NCBI GenBank assembly: GCA_019239895.1
Contig: JAFAZH010000022.1
Span: 190,583 to 254,582, forward strand
Length of the DNA: 64,000 bases
Source of the DNA: Abditibacteriaceae bacterium
GTDB lineage: Bacteria; Armatimonadota; Abditibacteriia; Abditibacteriales; Abditibacteriaceae
Direction: 5' to 3'
The notes below the pieces were generated by a model. That model had not been told where the DNA came from. It searched no databases and saw nothing but the letters and a program-made list of their open reading frames with translations. The translations under genes and the position numbers were made by a program. Shown piece by piece: positions 39,896 to 46,774 of this stretch (the first letter of the stretch is position 1; each line of letters begins with the position of its first letter).

Positions 39896-40029
39896 ACCAC
39901 AAAGACACAAAGAGCACAAAGGGACGACTAAAATAGGGAATTGTGAATTTAACAATCTCTGACTATTCTTGATCTTCTATTTGCAAGCCTCTGTCCCTAA
40001 AACCTTTGTGCCCTTCGTGTCTTTGTGGG
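39896..40029. repeat. Composite hairpin element E2 (arms accacaaagacacaaagagcacaaaggg / cctttgtgcccttcgtgtctttgtggg)
   Basis: Read directly. It lies between the BMC-P3 stop and the BMC-P2 start. Confidence 0.6.
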
Positions 40030-40038
40030 AATCTAACC

Positions 40039-40323
40039 TCAGATATTCACTCGTTTGCCATCGCACTCGACTGAATCCACGATGCCGATGACCGAAGAAT
40101 CTACTGGCACTTGCTCAGCACGGTTGGCCAGGCGCGCGGAAGAACCAGCCACGGTGAGAACGGTTTCGCCAATACCCGCCCCGACGGTATCTATCGCCAC
40201 CACATAGGTATCGGTCAGGCTACCGTCCATCTTCATCTCGCGCACGAGCAGCAGTTTCCAGCCGACCAGTTTAGGGTCTTTCTGCGTTGCGACCACGGTG
40301 CCGACCACTTTGCCAAGTCTCAT
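40039..40323 (-). CDS. BMC vertex protein, EutN/CcmL family (BMC-P 3)
   Basis: 94 aa. MRLGKVVGTVVAT ... AIDTVGAGIGETVL ... IGIVDSVE. Confidence 0.85.
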   Translation of the reverse strand: MRLGKVVGTVVATQKDPKLVGWKLLLVREMKMDGSLTDTYVVAIDTVGAGIGETVLTVAGSSARLANRAEQVPVDSSVIGIVDSVECDGKRVNI

Positions 40324-40332
40324 GATAAGTTA

Positions 40333-40423
40333 GGTTATAGGTGATGGGTTATAGGTGATAGGTAATAATTGACCTATGAACAATGATAAGCGCAAATTCC
40401 TTTGGCCTATCACCTATAACCCC
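40333..40423. repeat. Hairpin element E3 made of degenerate ttataggtga tandem repeats (ggttataggtgatgggttataggtgataggtaa ... cctatcacctataaccc)
   Basis: Read directly. It lies between the PduL stop and the BMC-P3 start. Confidence 0.5.
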
Positions 40424-40425
40424 TG

Positions 40426-41208
40426 TCATTTACAAATCCGGCAGATGCCAGCGCGTGGGGAAAGCACTAAAGCTTTCGCGCCGGGTTGCACGCCAGCGGC
40501 ATTGCCTTCATCGGTATCAATATGCATCTCAGCTTTAAAGGCTGGATCGGTGCGAATTAAGACATTGTAGAACACTAAGCCTTGATCCCCTGCCGGAATT
40601 TCAACCGGAATTTCATCGCCATCTTTGACACCGAGCAAGCTGGCCTCGTCGGGATGCAGATGCACATGGCGTTTAGCGCGAATCAGCGCATCCGGCAGGT
40701 GAATGCTACCCTGTGGCCCGACTATTGTAATAGGTGAACCTGTGCCATGATTAACCGATTGTAAAATCGGCGGCATCATGCCCAGCGATAAGGCATCGGT
40801 GCGCGAAACTTCAAACTGACTCTTGCTGCGCTCCGGCCCTAAGATACGCACATTGGAAATCGAGCCACGCGGCCCCACAATCTGCACCAGTTGCTCACTG
40901 GCGAACTGCCCTTCTTGATACAGAAACTTAAAGGGCGTCAACCGCTGACCGGGGCCAAAAAGTTGCTCCACATGCTCCGGCGTGAGGTGCCCATGCCGCG
41001 CCGAGATATTGCAGGGAAACCCCTCCTGCGCAATCTGCTCCGGTGAAGGTTGCTGCGCACTCGCTTCAGCCCCAAACGGCGTGGTGGGGCTACCCGGTGT
41101 AAGCCTCGCACTACCATGCCCGTTGCTGCCCACGCCCCCGGCTCCCCCCAATTGAGTTACCACTTCCTGGGTAATCAGCCGCACCAAGTCTTCGTATGAA
41201 ATCTTCAT
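40426..41208 (-). CDS. pduL: Phosphotransacylase PduL (phosphate propanoyl/acyltransferase) with N-terminal encapsulation peptide
   Basis: Start at the ATG of MKISYEDLVRLITQEVVTQL (amphipathic helix plus G-rich linker). Two PduL repeats are present (RHVHLHPDEAS..., HIDTDEGNAAG). Confidence 0.85.
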   Translation of the reverse strand: MKISYEDLVRLITQEVVTQLGGAGGVGSNGHGSARLTPGSPTTPFGAEASAQQPSPEQIAQEGFPCNISARHGHLTPEHVEQLFGPGQRLTPFKFLYQEGQFASEQLVQIVGPRGSISNVRILGPERSKSQFEVSRTDALSLGMMPPILQSVNHGTGSPITIVGPQGSIHLPDALIRAKRHVHLHPDEASLLGVKDGDEIPVEIPAGDQGLVFYNVLIRTDPAFKAEMHIDTDEGNAAGVQPGAKALVLSPRAGICRICK

Positions 41209-41223
41209 AGCAGAACAGGTGGA

Positions 41224-41334
41224 ACTACGAATGAACACGAATCAACACAAATGAAGTAGATACTGGATACTCGATCCTCTATCTTCGATCTTCTATCCTC
41301 TTTTATTTGTGTCCATCTGTGTTCATTCGTGGTT
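41224..41334. repeat. Composite hairpin element E4. Arms: aactacgaatgaacacgaatcaacacaaatga / tcatttgtgtccatctgtgttcattcgtggtt. Inner: ggatactcgatcctctatcttcgatcttctatcctc.
   Basis: Read directly. It lies between the BMC-H stop and the pduL start. Its inner repeats match those of E1 in reverse orientation. Confidence 0.6.
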
Positions 41335-41602
41335 AAAACACTTTTTCAAGATCAGTATGTGGGCGGGGAATGACATGAACACTGACCAGTTCACCCACAC
41401 GCTGAGCGGCGGCGCTACCGGCATCGGTGGCTGCTTTCACAGCGCCTACATCGCCTGCGACCATGACGGTGACTAAACCGCCGCCGATGCTCTGCTTGCC
41501 CAGCAATTCCACATTGGCCGCTTTGACCATTGCGTCGGCGGCTTCAATCGCGCCGACTAAACCTTTTGTTTCCACTAAACCTAACGCTTCTCCGTTTGCC
41601 AT
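41333..41602 (-). CDS. BMC shell hexamer protein (BMC-H, PduA/EutM family)
   Basis: 89 aa. [29 protein letters not shown] ... [13 protein letters not shown]. Confidence 0.9.
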   Translation of the reverse strand: MANGEALGLVETKGLVGAIEAADAMVKAANVELLGKQSIGGGLVTVMVAGDVGAVKAATDAGSAAAQRVGELVSVHVIPRPHTDLEKVF

Positions 41603-41663
41603 TGTACTCTCCTATTTTTCATCGAACGTCTCTTAATTCAATTTATTTGTCTCTGCCTAAAGC

Positions 41664-42080
41664 TTAACGGCGTCCGCGCTGACTGGTAGCACGCTCCGCA
41701 GGCTCGCCGTCGTTGGCACTGTCCTGTCCCGCGGGCAAGCCCTTGCCGGGGCCGCTGCCATTGAGGGCGCCGATGTAGTGACCAAAAGCGCGCGGCGATT
41801 TACCATGACCCTTGGGCAAAATCTTTTCTAAGTCCGCGTGTGGCCGTGCAATAACGTGGGCCGAAATCACTTCACCCACGCGACGTGCAGCAGCGGCTCC
41901 GGCATCAACAGCCGCCGTCACTGCGCCCACATCGCCACGCACCGTCACTGTGACTAAAGCCGACCCTACCTGGTCATAACCTTCCAGTTGCACGTTGGCC
42001 GACTTTGCCATCGCATCGGCGGCTTCAATCAGGGCGATTAAGCCCTTCGTTTCCACAAGTCCTAAAGCTTCTCCCGGCAT
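41664..42080 (-). CDS. BMC shell hexamer protein (BMC-H) with ~45-aa C-terminal Gly/Pro-rich extension
   Basis: 138 aa. [29 protein letters not shown] ... [13 protein letters not shown], then a low-complexity tail. Confidence 0.9.
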   Translation of the reverse strand: MPGEALGLVETKGLIALIEAADAMAKSANVQLEGYDQVGSALVTVTVRGDVGAVTAAVDAGAAAARRVGEVISAHVIARPHADLEKILPKGHGKSPRAFGHYIGALNGSGPGKGLPAGQDSANDGEPAERATSQRGRR

Positions 42081-42141
42081 AATCTCTCCTTGTCCTCTGT
42101 TTCCAGGGCATTACTGATTCTTCAAATTCGTATAGCTGCGT

Positions 42142-43059
42142 TCACTTTTGTAAGCTTTCAGCTACTCGACGGGCTACCTCGCCTATGATGCGGCGCAGTT
42201 CTTCTTCACCGATCTCAATCTCGGCTGGCTTGCCATTGCTACCATTGGCCGCGTTATTCGATTGAGCCGATGGACGCGCATTGGCATTATCATCGCTGGC
42301 CCCGGCATAAGCTGCCGCTCCAAAGCCGGTGCGCGGCACATCCGGCGCGTAGTTCACGTTCTTGTCTTTGTCTTTATATTCTATGCGGCAACTGCCCCCG
42401 GCTTGCACTCCATAACGCGCTCGCGCTTCCATGAGTTCTTGTGCCCGTTCTGGCGAGAACACATTTTCTGAACCAAGCTGGCGGGCGACCAGGGAAATCT
42501 TGGCGAAGTGCTCAACGGTTTCCATCTTGTAGTAGGCATTCATCACCGTCTGCCCGATAGTAACCACGCCATGATTGGCTAACAAGAATGCATCGTATTC
42601 CTGCACATAATTGTCGAGAATGTCCTGGGTCAACTCATCGCTGCCAGGGACACCGTACTTCGCCAACGGCACACTGCCGAGGGTAATCACCACTTCTGGC
42701 AAGGTGCAACGATCAAGGCTGAGACCCGCCACCGCAAAACCGGTCGCCGTCAGAGGATGGGCATGGCACACGGCGCGCACATCGGGCCGGGCATCATAAA
42801 AGGCGCGATGCATCTTCAGTTCGCTGGAGGGTTTCATGGTACCGCGCAGCTTATTGCCCGCTCGGTCAATGACCACCAGCATATCAGGCGTCAGAAACCC
42901 CTTCGAGACACCAGTCGGAGTGGCCAGAATCTCATTCGCGTTTAGCCGCACGGAAATGTTGCCATCGTTGGCCGCCACATATTCACGATGCCAGATACGG
43001 CGGCCAATCTCGCAAATCTCTTCGCGCATAGTGCGTTCATTAAAAGTTTGTTCTGCCAT
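42142..43059 (-). CDS. Class II aldolase/adducin-family aldolase (fuculose/rhamnulose-1-phosphate aldolase-like) with C-terminal encapsulation peptide
   Basis: 305 aa. Metal-binding His motifs (CHAHPLTATGFA, LANHGVVTIG). C-terminal extension with Gly/Asn linker plus the amphipathic helix EEELRRIIGEVARRVAESL. Confidence 0.85.
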   Translation of the reverse strand: MAEQTFNERTMREEICEIGRRIWHREYVAANDGNISVRLNANEILATPTGVSKGFLTPDMLVVIDRAGNKLRGTMKPSSELKMHRAFYDARPDVRAVCHAHPLTATGFAVAGLSLDRCTLPEVVITLGSVPLAKYGVPGSDELTQDILDNYVQEYDAFLLANHGVVTIGQTVMNAYYKMETVEHFAKISLVARQLGSENVFSPERAQELMEARARYGVQAGGSCRIEYKDKDKNVNYAPDVPRTGFGAAAYAGASDDNANARPSAQSNNAANGSNGKPAEIEIGEEELRRIIGEVARRVAESLQK

Positions 43060-43080
43060 AAAATTATCCGTAAATACCGT

Positions 43081-43935
43081 TTAGGCTTGCGCCACAATAA
43101 TCTGCACTTCAGCCCGTTGCAAGGCCGCCTCAATTTCAGCCGGAGGCGTTGCATCCGTTACCAGCACATCAATCTTTGCCCAATCGGCTACAAAAACCAT
43201 ATCGCGCCGCTGGAATTTCGCCGCATCCAACAGCAGGGCCACGCGATTCGCCCGCACCATCAATTCGCGCTGCCCTTCGACTTCCCAATGGTTAGAATCG
43301 TAAAACCCTTCTGCATCCGCACCACCGGCCCCAATTAACAACCAATCGCCAGCGCGCACATGATCGAGCGTCTGCTTGAGGTGAGGGCCAATTAAGATGT
43401 CGTGCTTGGGGTAGACCATGCCACCCGTCACCAACACATCCACACCCAGGGTTTCGCCCAATAAAGATGCTGCCGGTAGGGAGTTGGTCACTACGGAAAC
43501 ACGTCGCTGGCGCAGATGCTTCGCCGCCGCATAGCAGGTCGTGCCGCCCGCTAAGAGCACATTTTGCCCGTCCTCAATTAAAGCCGCCGCCGCTTCACCA
43601 ATGCGCGCTTTAGAGGTGGCGCGTAATTCGGCCCGTTGCGAGAAAGAAGTTACGTGGTCCAGCGTATCAACTGGAGAAACTGCTACTTCAGTTAAGCCCA
43701 CCACAGAGCCATTGGGTGATTTACTCTTGCCATTAGCGGATGCGGAGGAATAGCCATGCGAGCTAATAGCCCCGCCTCGCGTGCGCTGGAGCCGCCCGGT
43801 GCGATGCAGTTCTTCGAGGTCACGGCGCACGGTTGCATCGGAGACATGAAGCTGACGAGCCAAGGCTTTGACCTCCAAAAACGGCTGGCGGGCCAAGGCA
43901 TCTTCAATTTTGCTAAACCGATGAGCGCGGAGCAT
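43081..43935 (-). CDS. DeoR/GlpR-family transcriptional regulator
   Basis: 284 aa. N-terminal HTH (LARQLHVSDATVRRDLEELHRTGRLQRTRGGA) and a DeoR C-terminal sugar-phosphate-binding domain. Confidence 0.8.
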   Translation of the reverse strand: MLRAHRFSKIEDALARQPFLEVKALARQLHVSDATVRRDLEELHRTGRLQRTRGGAISSHGYSSASANGKSKSPNGSVVGLTEVAVSPVDTLDHVTSFSQRAELRATSKARIGEAAAALIEDGQNVLLAGGTTCYAAAKHLRQRRVSVVTNSLPAASLLGETLGVDVLVTGGMVYPKHDILIGPHLKQTLDHVRAGDWLLIGAGGADAEGFYDSNHWEVEGQRELMVRANRVALLLDAAKFQRRDMVFVADWAKIDVLVTDATPPAEIEAALQRAEVQIIVAQA

Positions 43936-44025
43936 TTGGTTCTATGATAATGCAACTCTGCGCGTTTGTCAACAACTTTACACAAATTTAATCAAAATAT
44001 TGCATAATCACGCAGAAACTCATCT

Positions 44026-44128
44026 TTTCAACACAAAGACCACAAAGAGAACACAAAAGCCACAAAAGGAGACAATACCGTCCTTCTTCGTGGTCTTTGT
44101 GCAACCTTTGTGGTCTTTGTGTTGAAAA
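44026..44128. repeat. Hairpin element E5 (arms ttcaacacaaagaccacaaagagaacacaaaagccacaaaagga / tccttcttcgtggtctttgtgcaacctttgtggtctttgtgttgaaaa)
   Basis: Read directly: roughly 45-bp arms built from cacaaag repeats. It lies between the Gfo/Idh/MocA stop and the deoR start. Confidence 0.6.
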
Positions 44129-44146
44129 TCGAAACTGCGCTTGCTT

Positions 44147-45121
44147 TTACAAAGTCACAGGCTTACCAGTTTTAGCCGATTGATTCGCGGCTAAGGTCAC
44201 TTTAAGAGTTTTCAAAGCATCGGTATAGTTGCTCTTAATGCCCAACCGCTTGCCGGTCTTAACCGCTTTGATAAAGGCGCGGTCTTCGTCGAGATAGGGG
44301 TTGTTGCGGTGCTGATAAGTATTGGTCTCGCCGCTTTGACGGATAGTGAGGGTATTGCCACGCAGTTCATAAATGGCATCGCGCACCATGAGGTCGAGAC
44401 CTGTCTCACCCACGCCGCCTAACAGGGCTGCTGTAGAGATGTAGCCGATAGCACCACTGTCAAACTCCACCGTCAGGGCGGTCACGTCCGGTACGGTAGT
44501 ACCTTCATACACTTTGCCCATCTCGCGCAAGGCGGCACAACAATAGACTTTTTTAATATCGCCAATGAGATAACGGGCTAAATCCACAATGTGGGTGCAT
44601 TGTTCCACAAGCTGACCACCACTTTGATCCATGCGCCGCCACCAGGCGACTCCTGGAAACCCGCCCAGCCAGCGGCCATAGGCCATAGCAACCAGGGGCG
44701 CATTTTTAGCGTCCAGTAATTTTTGGGTGCGATCCGTGGCCTCGTGGTAGCGGAAGTGATAGCCAACCGCCGTGGTCACGCCCGCATCTTCGATGGCAGC
44801 AGCGATTTTTTCGGCAGTCTTCATATTATTGGAGAGGGGCTTCTCCACGAAGAGGGCGCATCCTTTTTGCGCAGCCAGGATTTCGGCATTTGTGTGCGCG
44901 TGGGGGGGCAGACAGATGTAGACGGCATCGAGAGTTTCGGCTTCCAACATTTTGCGCGGGTCGTCGTAGGCTTTGCCTTCAAAGCGGCGCGCGGCGGCTT
45001 CGGCACGGTCGGTCGCCACGTCACTAAAAGCGACCAACTGGGCATCGTTAATCTGCGAGAGTGTGTTGAAGTGGGCACCGGCAATGCCACCGGCCCCCAC
45101 AAATCCTATGCGTACTGGCAA
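44147..45121 (-). CDS. Gfo/Idh/MocA-family NAD(P)-dependent oxidoreductase
   Basis: 324 aa. Rossmann N-terminus MPVRIGFVGAGGIAGAHF and the EKP motif (FVEKPL). Confidence 0.85.
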   Translation of the reverse strand: MPVRIGFVGAGGIAGAHFNTLSQINDAQLVAFSDVATDRAEAAARRFEGKAYDDPRKMLEAETLDAVYICLPPHAHTNAEILAAQKGCALFVEKPLSNNMKTAEKIAAAIEDAGVTTAVGYHFRYHEATDRTQKLLDAKNAPLVAMAYGRWLGGFPGVAWWRRMDQSGGQLVEQCTHIVDLARYLIGDIKKVYCCAALREMGKVYEGTTVPDVTALTVEFDSGAIGYISTAALLGGVGETGLDLMVRDAIYELRGNTLTIRQSGETNTYQHRNNPYLDEDRAFIKAVKTGKRLGIKSNYTDALKTLKVTLAANQSAKTGKPVTL

Positions 45122-45499
45122 GGTTGCTTCTCCTTAAATACTTTTTGTGGGCGTCGTGCGATATTGTACCATGATTGTTTCCTCACACGTGGCACACATT
45201 GGCACATTTTGTGCTAAATTTAAGAATAATTCAGCGGAGGTTGGAAGGGTGGCAACTTGTTTGCCCCACGTTAGGTGGTTTTGCTAAAATAGGGGGAAAG
45301 GTTGGTTCGTCGAACGAGTTCAATGCGTCGTATTCTCACTTCAAATCGCTGCCAGCATTCTCTCAATCACCCCCGCCTTCAACCACCATTTTGGGAGTAA
45401 CCAAAGCTATAAATATCAGCCCTCGAAAGGGGATTGATATAGCGTTATCCGGCATGGCCGAAACAGCAGGCGGGTAAATGTCTGCAACAGGAGATTTTC

Positions 45500-45940
45500 A
45501 TGGGTACGAGGTTGTATGTTGGCAATTTGAGCTATAGCGTGGACAACCAGGCATTGGAAGAGTTGTTCGCGCAGTATGGCACGGTGAACAGCGCGGAGGT
45601 CATCAGCGAGCATGGCTCCGGGCGCAGCAAGGGATTTGGATTTGTGGAGATGGACTCAGACGAAGCAGCTCAAGCCGCCATCACAGCTCTCCATGACAAG
45701 GAGTTTCAAGGTCGTCCTCTAACCGTCAATGAAGCCCGACCACGCGAAGAGCGTAGCGGTGGTCGCGGTGGCGGTGGTGGTCGCGGTGGTTATGGCGGCG
45801 GTGGTGGTCGCGGTGGTGGCGGTGGCTACGGCGGTGGCGGCGGCTACGGTGGCGGTGGTGGCTACGGTGGCGGTGGCGGTCGTGGCGGTGGCGGCGGTGG
45901 ACGCGGCGGTAGCGGCGGCAATCGCCGGGAACGCTACTAA
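45500..45940 (+). CDS. RRM-type RNA-binding protein with Gly/Arg/Tyr-rich C-terminal tail
   Basis: 146 aa. RNP-2 LYVGNL, RNP-1 KGFGFVEM, then GGRGGYGGGGG repeats. Confidence 0.85.
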   Translation: MGTRLYVGNLSYSVDNQALEELFAQYGTVNSAEVISEHGSGRSKGFGFVEMDSDEAAQAAITALHDKEFQGRPLTVNEARPREERSGGRGGGGGRGGYGGGGGRGGGGGYGGGGGYGGGGGYGGGGGRGGGGGGRGGSGGNRRERY

Positions 45941-45974
45941 ACCGTCTTTTAAAATCGCCTTTAAATGACAATTA

Positions 45975-46012
45975 AAATAAAGAAGACCACACGCGTGGTC
46001 TTCTTTATTTTT
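45975..46012 (+). terminator. Rho-independent terminator (aagaagaccacacgcgtggtcttctt + tatttttga)
   Basis: 11-bp perfect stem plus T-tract, 35 bp after the RRM gene stop. Confidence 0.65.
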
Positions 46013-46203
46013 GACACTGTTGCGAGCGATTGCTGCCGATAGCAGGCAGCGGATTGGCTATAATGCTTAATGTTCATTAGCCGCCTCGACAGCCGCCTTG
46101 GCTTTTCGGCTCGTTGGCTGATTTATCATTGGCGAATTTAATTTATAGGTTGCACAGTGTCACAAGGAGAAGTAAACGAACGTTGTTAAGAGGATAAGTA
46201 ACC

Positions 46204-46569
46204 ATGCAAGACTTTCAACATGACTACCAGCAGAGTGATAGCGATGAAATGGAGACGATGCAGCCTGCCAAACAAAATTTGCCAGCCGACTCACCTTCTT
46301 CTGAAACCGATGCGGGTCTCGACGATGACACCATAGATCAACTCGGAGGCGAACCAGTAGCAGGAGCCAATGTCTTGGAAATAGCGGATGACATTCGGGA
46401 AATTCCGATGACCGATCTGGCCGATGCAAATATGGGCGCAGGGCTACAATCCGGGGAACTATCCGACCTGAACGCCCCTGGCGAAGTAGACATCGAAGAA
46501 CTGGACGAAGACGCCCTTTCGGATACTGATATTCCACCCGACGCACTGCTTGATCCGATTGAAGAGTAG
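46204..46569 (+). CDS. Highly acidic hypothetical protein (Asp/Glu-rich)
   Basis: 121 aa with a GAGGA RBS upstream; composition about 30% D/E. No motifs. Confidence 0.45.
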   Translation: MQDFQHDYQQSDSDEMETMQPAKQNLPADSPSSETDAGLDDDTIDQLGGEPVAGANVLEIADDIREIPMTDLADANMGAGLQSGELSDLNAPGEVDIEELDEDALSDTDIPPDALLDPIEE

Positions 46570-46570
46570 A

Positions 46571-46768
46571 GACCTAACCCCCCGTCCCCTTTCCCGGCAC
46601 GGGAAGGGGGTGTCACAGGACAACCATTCTCTTTTATTATTCCGCTTTGATTGCCTGAATGAGCAATTTCCCTTTTGACCTAAAACAACCCAAAACCTAT
46701 AAAGGTGCTATAAAGTCATCCTCAGACACCCCCTTCCCGTGCCGGGAAGGGGGACGGGGGGTTAGGTC
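46571..46768. repeat. MITE-like element: perfect 44-bp inverted repeats (gacctaaccccccgtcccctttcccggcacgggaagggggtgtc) separated by 110 bp. A related solo copy lies at 49861-49960.
   Basis: Arms 46571-46614 and 46725-46768 are exact reverse complements. The element fills the gap between the acidic-protein stop (46569) and the PBP2 start (46775). Confidence 0.6.
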
Positions 46769-46774
46769 TTTCCA

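Noticed and set aside
39598-39900. Upstream start for the second BMC-P gene and for pduL (41238)
   Set aside because: Both upstream starts are GTG codons lying inside the hairpin repeat arms. The ATG starts at 39882 and 41208 give canonical protein N-termini.
45726-45971. His/Arg-rich 81-aa ORF on the minus strand
   Set aside because: It is the reverse-complement reading of the GGC/GGT-rich glycine tail codons of the RRM protein gene, so it is an artefact.
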